Below are positions 18,093-26,566 of a stretch of DNA of 37,109 nt, in pieces (position 1 is the first letter of the stretch; each line of letters begins with the position of its first letter). The stretch spans positions 1 through 37,109 of the forward strand of contig JASDVE010000072.1 of the NCBI GenBank assembly GCA_041891195.1. Reading direction: 5' to 3'. The DNA comes from Myxococcota bacterium (GTDB lineage: Bacteria; Myxococcota_A; UBA9160; UBA4427). A program made the position numbers and the translations under genes. The notes under the pieces are model-generated. The model did not search any database and had not been told where the DNA came from. It saw only the letters and a list, made by a program, of their open reading frames with translations.

Positions 18093-20771
18093 CTACTTCT
18101 TCTTTTTCTCCGGCTTCGGTGCGAAGACCATTTCGCGTGCTTCTACGACGCCGTCTTCGAGCGCCGCATCTTCGTTGTTTTGGTGGGCGTGACATCGCGC
18201 GGCCGCCAGGACATCGTTCTCCACTACGGCCAAGCGCGCGAGCGTTCCGGCGTTTGCACAGACGTGAAGCGTTTCTATCTCGCGACCGAGCGAAACCTCG
18301 TTGTCCGTTTTGCCCTTGTTGATCGAAGCCAATGCTGCGACGGCGAGGTCGAAGCTTTCGGTGTCATCGGGAGCCGCGATGCCCGCAAAGTCCGAAGCAC
18401 TGGGCCACGGCGCGGTATGAATCGACGCTTCGCCCGTTTCTTCTGCAAATGTCCATGACCAAATCTCTTCGGTGACATACGGCATCACCGGTGCGAACAG
18501 GCGCAGCAAGACGTTGAACCCAAGGCGAAGCGCGGCGACTGCAGACCCGCTTTCTGCAGCTTGGTCACCGGTGGCACCGTCTTCGAACCAGCGCGCACGC
18601 GGCTTCGCGAGTTCGAGGTAGGTGTCCGTGAAATGGGTCCAGAAGAAGGTTTCGGTTTCTTGCAAACCGTGGGCGAAGTTCCAGTCCTCGAAATGCGCCG
18701 TCACGCGTTCAACCAAGCCGCTGAGTTCGGCTACGAATGCGCGGTCGAGTTCTGCTTGGACCGGATGCACTTCGCCTGTCTGTGCCAACGCGAACTTGCC
18801 CGCATTGAAGAGCTTGGTGACAAGGCGTTTGCCGATCTTCCAAACCTGTTCGTCAAAGGCAGTATCGACACCAAGGCGCGCACTCGCGGACCAGTAGCGC
18901 CCTGCATCCGTCGAATATTTTTCGAGCAGGTCGATGGGCGTCACAATGTTGCCGACGCTCTTGCTCATCTTCTTTCGATCCGGATCGAGGATCCAGCCGG
19001 AGATCATCACATGTTCCCAGGGCTTCGTGTCTTCGTGAAGCAGCGCCTTGGCGATCGTATAGAACGCCCAGGTGCGAATGATCTCGTGGGCCTGTGGGCG
19101 CACGTCTGCGGGAAAGAGCTTCGCGTGGCGCTCCGCATCCAGGCTCCAATGCGAGCTGATCTGCGGCGTCATGGAACTCGTAAACCACGTGTCGAAGATG
19201 TCGGCTTCGCCCGCAAACCCACCGGGCTGGTCTCGCTGCGATTCGTCGTAGCCAGGTGCGGTGTCGGTCATTGGATCAACTGGCAAGCTCGCGCGGTCGG
19301 CAAGAACGACATTGTCGTATTGCGGCATACCCTCCGCATCGAGTGGATACCAAACCGGGATCGACACACCGAAGTAACGCTGTCGACTCAGGCACCAATC
19401 CTGGTTCAAGTTCTCGGTCCAGTCGCGGTAGCGGTTTTTCATGTGGGGCGGATGCCACTGGATCTCGTCGCCCTTGGCGAGCATTGCGTCCCGCTTGTCG
19501 ACCAAGCGCGCAAACCATTGGCGCGTGGTCAAGTATTCGAGCGGGCGGTCGCCCTTTTCGAAGAACTTCACGGGGTGCTGAATCGCTTCGGGTTCCGAAC
19601 GCAGCGGTGCGCCGTTGCCCGTGGCACTGCCTTCCGGGTCCGCGAGAAGTTCAACCATGCGCTTTTGCGCCTGCTTTACGTTCTTGCCCGCAACTTCGGC
19701 GTAGTAGGCATTGGCCGCGTCAGGCTTGAGGCTTACAAACTCGGGCGTGCCGAACGTCACCGGGTCGAGTCGACCGTTCTTCCCAATAATTTGCCTCGAT
19801 GCGAGGCCTTGTTCGCGCCACCAAATGACATCGGTCGCATCACCAAAAGTGCAGACCATCAGTATGCCCGTGCCCTTTTCGGGATCGGCCAATTCGCTCG
19901 GGAAGATGGGTACGGGCGCGTGGAACAGAGGGGTCACCGCGCGTTTGCCGAATAAGTCTTTGTATCGCGCGTCTTCGGGATGGGCGGTTACGCCGACGCA
20001 CGCCGGCAAGAGTTCGGGCCGCGTGGTCGCGATCGTGAAATTCGCGTCGCTTCCTTCAACCGCGAATTCAAGATGGTGGTACGCGCCGGGCAAGTCCTTG
20101 TCGATCACTTCGGCTTGGGCCACCGCACATTGAAAGTCGACGTCCCACATGGTCGGCGCTTCGTTGGTGTAGACCTCGCCCTTGTCGTGCAAGTCGAGAA
20201 AAGACGCCTGGGCGATCTCGCGACAATGATCATCGATCGTTTGGTATTCCTGCTTCCAATCCACCGACAACGCCAGCCGCCGCCAGAGTTCGCGGTAGTA
20301 CTCTTCGTCTTGGTTGATGAGGCCGTAACACGTTTCAATGAAGTTGCGCCGGGAAATCAAACGCGCCGGCTTCTTGCGATCTTTGGCGCTCGCCTCTTTG
20401 AGTTCGAGGTTTTCTTCATAAGGCGAATGCGGGTCGCAACGCACGTGATAGTAGTTCTGCACCCGGCGCTCGGTCGGGAGGCCGTTGTCGTCCCAGCCCA
20501 TCGGGTAGTAGATATTCATGCCGAGCATACGCTTGTAGCGCGCCATCACGTCAGTGTGGGTATACGAAAAGACATGGCCGACGTGCAGTGAACCCGACGC
20601 GGTCGGGGGCGGCGTGTCGATGACGAAGGTTTCGTCGCGTGGGCGATCCGGGTCCCAGCGATAAATGCCGCGGTCTTCCCATTCGGCGATCCAGCGCTTT
20701 TCGACGTCTTCTGCTTCGAAGTGCTTTCCCAGCGCGTTGGGATCGATGGCGCGAACTTTGTCTTGACCCAT
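18093..20771 (-). CDS. valS: Valine--tRNA ligase
   Basis: Class I aaRS with an HIGH-type motif (SGSLHVGHVFSY) and KMSKS. The N-terminus is ValRS-like. ATG at 20771 is preferred over 20855, which adds a low-complexity extension. Confidence 0.9.
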   Translation of the reverse strand: MGQDKVRAIDPNALGKHFEAEDVEKRWIAEWEDRGIYRWDPDRPRDETFVIDTPPPTASGSLHVGHVFSYTHTDVMARYKRMLGMNIYYPMGWDDNGLPTERRVQNYYHVRCDPHSPYEENLELKEASAKDRKKPARLISRRNFIETCYGLINQDEEYYRELWRRLALSVDWKQEYQTIDDHCREIAQASFLDLHDKGEVYTNEAPTMWDVDFQCAVAQAEVIDKDLPGAYHHLEFAVEGSDANFTIATTRPELLPACVGVTAHPEDARYKDLFGKRAVTPLFHAPVPIFPSELADPEKGTGILMVCTFGDATDVIWWREQGLASRQIIGKNGRLDPVTFGTPEFVSLKPDAANAYYAEVAGKNVKQAQKRMVELLADPEGSATGNGAPLRSEPEAIQHPVKFFEKGDRPLEYLTTRQWFARLVDKRDAMLAKGDEIQWHPPHMKNRYRDWTENLNQDWCLSRQRYFGVSIPVWYPLDAEGMPQYDNVVLADRASLPVDPMTDTAPGYDESQRDQPGGFAGEADIFDTWFTSSMTPQISSHWSLDAERHAKLFPADVRPQAHEIIRTWAFYTIAKALLHEDTKPWEHVMISGWILDPDRKKMSKSVGNIVTPIDLLEKYSTDAGRYWSASARLGVDTAFDEQVWKIGKRLVTKLFNAGKFALAQTGEVHPVQAELDRAFVAELSGLVERVTAHFEDWNFAHGLQETETFFWTHFTDTYLELAKPRARWFEDGATGDQAAESGSAVAALRLGFNVLLRLFAPVMPYVTEEIWSWTFAEETGEASIHTAPWPSASDFAGIAAPDDTESFDLAVAALASINKGKTDNEVSLGREIETLHVCANAGTLARLAVVENDVLAAARCHAHQNNEDAALEDGVVEAREMVFAPKPEKKKK

Positions 20772-21496
20772 CTGCTGCTTTGATCCTTGCTCTTGATCGC
20801 TCGACTGTTGCGCTCTGGCAAACGCGCGGCGTGCGGGGTTTCTCTCGATTCGCAAACGCCGGATCGCTCGGCGTTCGATCGTGAGACATGACGCGCGAAT
20901 CGGCTCACAAGAACGTGGCAGTTCGCGAAAGGCTGCTCAATATAGAACAGGCGAAAGCCCACGCCTCCAAAAGCACCGGGCAAATCGGTAGGTCCATCCC
21001 AAGGGTTCAAGCCGTTCGGGCACAATGCGAGATTTGGGCTCGACACCCCATTGTTGGTGTTGAAACTCCCAGTCGAGCAGGTGAGAGGGTTGGATAGGGG
21101 GATGAAAATGGACGACGCGATCTCCCTCGGCCCGCGCCATTTGCGCGCCTTCGACACCACTGCCGACGAACAAGTCGCCCACCGCCTATGCAGACTCGAA
21201 ACCGCAGCGCGCGACGCCTCAACCGATCTGCCGCAAACAGGAGACTCTCGAAACCGTCGAACTCGCACGCGAGTGCATTGCCAATCGGGGCAAACCAACA
21301 AATGAAGACTTCGTTGCGAGGTACGGCGGATAGTCATTCGCGTCGCTTTACAAGAAGCGCAGGCCCCCGTTCTCAAAACCCTGGCCGAGAGCTGCCTTCA
21401 TAATCTGCGAGACCTTGAATTCGAAGTCGGTAATGACTAGGCGCGACCCCACGGGGGAACGCGGAGGGGGCAGGAAAGGACGGGGCGACCCCCGAT

Positions 21497-21919
21497 GTGA
21501 ACAAATCGGCTGAATCCTGGCTCGAACGACGGACCCGGCCCCTCGATCAGGCCAAGGACGTGGATCGGGCCCGACCGGTGTTCCAGCCGGAAGAAAACGA
21601 ACAGGCGAGTGAATTCGAGCTTCGGCGTGGCCTGACGGTTGTAGTCCTACGTGCCCGAACCCAGAAGGATTTCGCCAATCTATTGCGGGTCGAACAGCAG
21701 CCGTCTATGGTCTCGCGTCTTCTCGGTGGGGCCCATGCGGCGACCCTCGAGTCCTCGAAATTTTTATCCGCCCGACGGCCAGCGCACCGAAGATGCTGGT
21801 TGAAGCAGGCGACCGGAGTAGTGAAGTGGCGAAGACATCGCAGATCATCCGAGACAATCGGCGCAAGAAGCTTATCAAGAAGTACGCGGAAAAGCGGAAG
21901 GAACTTCGCAAGAAGTTGA
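21497..21919 (+). CDS. Possible XRE-family helix-turn-helix protein (antitoxin-like)
   Basis: GTG start. [40 protein letters not shown]...TLES resembles the XRE HTH pattern. The Arg-rich tail overlaps rpsN by 94 nt in another frame, so the true end is doubtful. Confidence 0.35.
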   Translation: MNKSAESWLERRTRPLDQAKDVDRARPVFQPEENEQASEFELRRGLTVVVLRARTQKDFANLLRVEQQPSMVSRLLGGAHAATLESSKFLSARRPAHRRCWLKQATGVVKWRRHRRSSETIGARSLSRSTRKSGRNFARS

Positions 21920-22131
21920 ACGACCGAAACGTTTCCGTTGAAGAGAAGCTCGAAGTTCAGGCCGAGTTCGCCAAGCTTCCGCGCAACTCGTGCCCGACCC
22001 GACTCAACCGACGCTGCGAAGTTTCGGGACGTTCAAAGTCCTACTACCGCAAGTTCGGTCTCTCCCGCATCGCACTTCGTGAGCTAGCGCTCCGTGGGCA
22101 ATTGCCGGGCGTTCGCAAGTCGAGCTGGTAA
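21826..22131 (+). CDS. rpsN: 30S ribosomal protein S14, long cysteine-less (C-) form
   Basis: GTG at 21826 follows [24 protein letters not shown]...[28 protein letters not shown] is the canonical S14 sequence without a CxxC zinc ribbon. It is not visibly part of a large ribosomal protein operon. Confidence 0.9.
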   Translation: MAKTSQIIRDNRRKKLIKKYAEKRKELRKKLNDRNVSVEEKLEVQAEFAKLPRNSCPTRLNRRCEVSGRSKSYYRKFGLSRIALRELALRGQLPGVRKSSW

Positions 22132-22164
22132 TAAGTCGAGCTGGTCGTAAGACGAGCTGGTCGT
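22117..22164 (+). repeat. 16-bp x3 tandem repeat spanning the rpsN stop codon
   Basis: AAGTCGAGCTGGTAAT / AAGTCGAGCTGGTCGT / AAGACGAGCTGGTCGT. The first copy encodes the S14 C-terminus KSSW plus the stop codon. Confidence 0.9.
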
Positions 22165-22231
22165 CAGTTCGTAGTCACGGCGGTTCGCTCGATGCGATCC
22201 AAAGTTCAGCACAAGATTTAGGAATGGAAAC

Positions 22232-22477
22232 ATGAAGCCCGATACGCATCCCGACTACCACAAAGTCATCTTCGTCGACTCCGCTTCCGGCGATGAATGG
22301 ACGAGCCGCTCCACCATGACCTCGGCAGAAACTCGCGACGTCGACGGGGAGAATATCCCCGTCATCAAGCTCGAAATTTCGGCCGCCAGCCATCCTTTCT
22401 GGACGGGCACCATGCGCGAACTCGATGCCGACGGAAAGATCGACCGCTTTCGCAGGCGGTACGGCGGCAAGAAGTAG
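22232..22477 (+). CDS. rpmE2: 50S ribosomal protein L31 type B (cysteine-less paralog form)
   Basis: MKPDTHPDYHKVIFVD...SHPFWTG...RFRRRYG matches the YkgM-type L31. It has no CxxC motif. Confidence 0.9.
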   Translation: MKPDTHPDYHKVIFVDSASGDEWTSRSTMTSAETRDVDGENIPVIKLEISAASHPFWTGTMRELDADGKIDRFRRRYGGKK

Positions 22478-22551
22478 CAACGGCCGCGCGCCGGTTTCGT
22501 CTGCTCTCTATTTTCGAGTTCCCTTCTACGCGATCGTGTTTCGCGTCGAAA

Positions 22552-23487
22552 TCAGGGCCTGCTTAAGGCGCTATCTCCAGTGGTTTGGGAGCTGCCTTCT
22601 TCATCGTCGAGTTTTCCCATCGCAACCAGGGAATCGACCAGATGGCAGTACAGGCGCGTGGGGTCGGTCGCAGCGTGGTATGTGCCCCCGGTCATTTGAG
22701 CGATCAGCCCCAGGGTGTAGCCCCGCCAAGCACCTGACTTTTGGGTGAGGCCAAATGTGTTGAACGTAATGTCGTTGCGTTCTGCTTCACCAGTCGCGCG
22801 CGCAACATCGACTCCAATGCCGCCGCGGAGAGGCTTGCCTAATTCGAGAAACAGCGGGCCAGGCGTATCCGAAAAGTACATCACAATTCTTCGCCGCTTC
22901 GGGTTCTTCGCTTCAATCAGGACTTGGTTTGCTCGGCGCGCACCGGCGTAGAAGTTCGGCGACCCGTCGCTTCCTAAAGTCATGATCTGATCGAGTGCTG
23001 ACTCAAGCGACGCGCGACTTCGGGTCAAGCCCGCCCGCTCCTTGGCATCCCTCGAACCAACCGCAAGTGATAACGAACCTCTCTGGGAAACGAACAGGGA
23101 ATCCGCAAATGTCACTATCGAAAAGCGTATATCGAGGGCTGCCGTGTTTCGGATCAACTTTCGCGCCGCCTCGACCTCGACGCCCAACCAAGAATCTCCG
23201 CGGTCGGTAAACACGCTCGATCTAATTTCTCCGACCGTTCCGTCGCCGTCAATGTCAAAACCAGACGGATGCTGACTCGAGAGCGAATTGTCGAACGCGA
23301 AGACAATGTCGCTGGGGCTTAGAGCGTCGAGGCTCTCGACCGAACAGTTGAGAGGAACGGGGACTTCCTCTACTCCCTCCATCTCGGGAGAACTCGCACA
23401 GCCAACCAGCACGCCCATCGCAACAACGGCGACACGATTTAAGACAAGAGCCAGGGGTCGATGCTCGCGAACGTATGGTGCCGACAT
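22552..23487 (-). CDS. Lipoprotein with a von Willebrand factor A (VWA)-like domain
   Basis: ATG at 23487 lies 10 nt after AAGGAG. It has a signal peptide with lipobox LVGC and a MIDAS-like motif DNSLSS. Confidence 0.6.
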   Translation of the reverse strand: MSAPYVREHRPLALVLNRVAVVAMGVLVGCASSPEMEGVEEVPVPLNCSVESLDALSPSDIVFAFDNSLSSQHPSGFDIDGDGTVGEIRSSVFTDRGDSWLGVEVEAARKLIRNTAALDIRFSIVTFADSLFVSQRGSLSLAVGSRDAKERAGLTRSRASLESALDQIMTLGSDGSPNFYAGARRANQVLIEAKNPKRRRIVMYFSDTPGPLFLELGKPLRGGIGVDVARATGEAERNDITFNTFGLTQKSGAWRGYTLGLIAQMTGGTYHAATDPTRLYCHLVDSLVAMGKLDDEEGSSQTTGDSALSRP

Positions 23488-24072
23488 GTTGGCCCTGCTC
23501 CTTTGCCCTTGACCGATCAGAGAGCCCCGAGGAGCCCGTGTGTGCAACGCGTTTGAGTATTGCGGTCCTGCCGACCTAGCGCCGCCTATGGTTTCGATTC
23601 GACTTCCTATTCAAGTCAATTCGCTGCGCCTTCATCGACGTCGAGCTTCGACAACAGTCGAACCGACGCTTTACGTGCTTCGGTTTCGGTTTTGCGCACG
23701 ATTACCCGGACTCGATTTCCAAAGCGTAGCGGCCGGCGGGGCCGCGATGCATGGTTACACTTGTCGCCAATAATGTCCTTCACACCTTCCACCTTGTCGG
23801 GCCACATCAAGAAGACAACCGCTGCTTTTGGGGCGACTTTACGTGCGTGTGCGCTCAACCCACCGAAGTAAAACGGGGATGGAGCGTGTTGTGTTTCGCG
23901 AACCGCGGTGCGGCGAGTTCCAGTTGATGGTGCTCGCCTGTATGCCCCAGGTCTACACCGCAAAATAAGATCTTGAGGATCTGCATCACTTCGAGAGTGG
24001 CGCGCTGAGACGCGCCATAACTCCCCCCGCCTCGCAGCAACGAGCAATCGCATTTGGGAGGCGCGTGAGGAG

Positions 24073-24082
24073 CCCCCCCCCC
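24073..24082. repeat. C10 (G10 on the minus strand) homopolymer tract
   Basis: Read directly. It lies inside the minus-strand ORF 23855..24199, encoding GGG within AFTGGGAPH. Confidence 0.95.
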
Positions 24083-24479
24083 TGTAAATGCCACATTATC
24101 GATTCCGAGATTATATCCCGAAGGCAAAAGGCAGTTGTCGCACCGGTTCGTGTCGGCACGACGAACGACCTCGGCGCAGTGCGCGAAAGTTCTTGACAAT
24201 TTGGGGGCCGAGGCGCCGAGAAATTCGTAGTCGTCGTAACACAGTGCGGAGAACCAAGAAAAATCGACGGGGGGAATCTACATCGTGACCACGCGTGGGT
24301 GGCACGCGCGCTAGTGAAAGTAGTCGCCCCGCATTGGCACTGGGAAAACCAAAGCTACGTGAAATTAATCTGCAACGTTGGCTGCGTCATAAGTTTCGTT
24401 ACGTTGACACTGCCGACCTGAGGAACGTGACGGCTGCATCGGCTACACTCTCGCGCGGGGGCCGAGCAGGAGTAATTTG

Positions 24480-26489
24480 ATGGTAAATGCCCGAGACGAC
24501 GTAGTCGGCAATATGGCAGGCTCGGTGATCGCGAGGATCCCGGCGCCCACGCCAGGACTGAAACTTCCGGTTCTGCCCGAGCGCACCGACCGACTCCTCA
24601 CATTGCTGTCCAGCATGGACGCGTATGTCACCGAAGCAGACAGCGCCCCCCGAACGTTATTCGTAAGCCCCGGGGTTTCTGAAGTTACCGGGTACTCACC
24701 TGAAGAAGTGATCGCCGGTGATTGTCTCGTCATTCACGAAGATGACCATCACCTACTCGCCAACGGTGCCATTGCGCTCGCAAAGTACGGCCGTGCCTTT
24801 AGCTGTATCATTCGGATGAAGCACAAGCGTGGTGATTGGCTTTGGATTGAGATCAGCTCGCTGTCGTCTTACGAGACTTCGGAAGGCGGGTACCGGTCAA
24901 TGTCTCTTAACCGGGACGTGACTCGCTTGATGAACACCCAGCGCGACCTCGCGCAGAGTGAAGAGCGTTACCGCGCCGTGTCGGAGATGACCCGGGACTT
25001 GATCACCGAAAGCACCACCGACTCCCAGACGGTCTACGTCAGCCCCGGTGTTTCGGAAGCACTCGGTTGGTCCCGAGAAGAACTCGCAGCACACGGGCCG
25101 TATGAGAAGGTTCATCCCGACGACGTGGAGCGAGTTCGACGGGTCACTGAGGAATCCTTGGCGTCAGGTCAGCCAAGTCATTATGAGGCATTTCGAATCT
25201 TCGCCAAGAACGGCCAATGCCTGTGGTTCGAAACTTCTGCGATGATCTATCAGCGAAGCGACGGCGAGACCCGCATCCTTTCGGTCTCACACAACATCAC
25301 CGAACAACGCCGGGAACAAGAGGACCGGCGCGAGCTCGAAGAGCAGATGGTTCGCGCGCAAAAACTGGAAAGCCTCGGCGTCATGGCGGGCGGGATCGCA
25401 CATGACTTCAACAACTTGCTCACACCAATCCTTGGCGAAGCAAGCTTGGTACTCGAAGATCTGCCTCAAGACTCTCCGTTGCGGGAGCGAATGCTAAAGA
25501 TTCGGCATGCAGCCGAGCGTGCGGCGTCGCTGACAAACCAGATGCTGTCCTATGCGGGCAGGGGCCCGGTACATCTAGAGCGACTCGACCTCAGTCAACT
25601 CGTCGACGAGATGGGGCGACTTTTCGAGTCCGCAGTCTCAGGCAAGACCGTGCTCGACTTTGACCTTACGCCGGCAATGTTGCTGATCGAGGCAGACTCA
25701 TCGCAGATCAGTCAGGTTGTGATGAACTTGATCACCAACGCGAGTGAATCACTTCCGGACGGTGAAGGAAAGATCACTGTTCGTACGGGTGGCGTGGATC
25801 TATTGGCGCCTCCGAACAAGTCGGTCTTCGCCGAACGACTTGAGGCCGGCCCTCATATCTATGTCGAGGTGTCAGATACCGGGTGCGGGATGGACGCGGA
25901 CACGATCACGAAGATCTTCGATCCATTCTTCACGACTAAATTCACGGGCCGCGGACTTGGGCTCGCAGCGGTTGCTGGGATCGTGCGAGGGCATCAAGGT
26001 GCACTCGAAATTCGATCCGAGCCGGGTAAAGGCTCGGTCGTCAGGGTGCTGTTTCCCGTATCGCAAGGAGCCGAACCGCTAGGCCAGCTGACAAGTATCG
26101 GTGGCAAAAACACTTGGACGGCTGACGCGATGGTGTTGGTGATCGACGACGACGAAGGTATGAGAGACTTGGCGACCGACATTTTATCGCGCGCTGGCCT
26201 CGAAGTGAGAGCAGCAGCGAACGGTCGCGACGGCCTCGAAATTTTCCGCGCTCATGCAAATGAAATCAATCTCGTGCTGCTTGACCGCACAATGCCCACC
26301 ATGAGCGGCTACGAGACCTTTCAAGAAATTCGCAAGATCCACCCCAGCACCCCAGTCGTCCTTGTGAGCGGCTATTCAGAAGAGCGTGCTGCAGCCGAAC
26401 TCGCCGGCGCCGGACTCGCGGGTTTCTTACATAAGCCATTCTTGCCCGAAACACTTCTAGATCTCGTGAAGGCGTCGATCGAGGGCTAA
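24480..26489 (+). CDS. Hybrid sensor histidine kinase (PAS-PAS-HisKA-HATPase-receiver)
   Basis: ATG lies 7 nt after AGGAG. It has two PAS-like modules, H-box GGIAHDFNNLLT, HATPase motifs (DTGCGMD, GRGLGLA) and a C-terminal receiver (VLVIDDDEGM...LLDRTMPTMSG). Confidence 0.85.
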   Translation: MVNARDDVVGNMAGSVIARIPAPTPGLKLPVLPERTDRLLTLLSSMDAYVTEADSAPRTLFVSPGVSEVTGYSPEEVIAGDCLVIHEDDHHLLANGAIALAKYGRAFSCIIRMKHKRGDWLWIEISSLSSYETSEGGYRSMSLNRDVTRLMNTQRDLAQSEERYRAVSEMTRDLITESTTDSQTVYVSPGVSEALGWSREELAAHGPYEKVHPDDVERVRRVTEESLASGQPSHYEAFRIFAKNGQCLWFETSAMIYQRSDGETRILSVSHNITEQRREQEDRRELEEQMVRAQKLESLGVMAGGIAHDFNNLLTPILGEASLVLEDLPQDSPLRERMLKIRHAAERAASLTNQMLSYAGRGPVHLERLDLSQLVDEMGRLFESAVSGKTVLDFDLTPAMLLIEADSSQISQVVMNLITNASESLPDGEGKITVRTGGVDLLAPPNKSVFAERLEAGPHIYVEVSDTGCGMDADTITKIFDPFFTTKFTGRGLGLAAVAGIVRGHQGALEIRSEPGKGSVVRVLFPVSQGAEPLGQLTSIGGKNTWTADAMVLVIDDDEGMRDLATDILSRAGLEVRAAANGRDGLEIFRAHANEINLVLLDRTMPTMSGYETFQEIRKIHPSTPVVLVSGYSEERAAAELAGAGLAGFLHKPFLPETLLDLVKASIEG

Positions 26490-26566
26490 GCGAAGCTCTT
26501 CTCCCACCCTTCATCCCGCTCCAGCCTCACCCCAGCGATGCCGATACACGGTGCAGGGGGAGTCAC

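Noticed and set aside
18561-19955. 464-aa plus-strand ORF
   Set aside because: It is entirely antisense to valS, which has clear class I aaRS motifs. Its Arg/Ala/Val-rich composition has no recognisable domain. This is a typical shadow ORF in GC-rich DNA.
20772-21376. N-terminal extension of valS (to 20855) and the 276-aa ORF 20546..21376
   Set aside because: The extension is low complexity with no RBS. The 276-aa ORF is Cys/Arg/Ser-rich and partly overlaps valS out of frame.
21508-21532. GGCTGAATCCTGGCTCGAACGACGG resembles the 5' end of tmRNA (GGGGCUGAUUCUGGAUUCGACGGG)
   Set aside because: There is no matching 3' tRNA-like T-arm/ACCA end, no tag-peptide reading frame and no pseudoknot region downstream. 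The similarity also needs indels. It is most likely coincidental.
21400-21825. Search for a Zur box upstream of rpsN-rpmE2
   Set aside because: No AT-rich palindrome resembling known Zur/Fur operators was found by eye. Zinc regulation remains an inference from the paralog type only.
24335-24350. TGGCAC hexamer upstream of the hybrid kinase
   Set aside because: The -12 position reads AAAC instead of TTGC, so it is not a credible sigma54 promoter.
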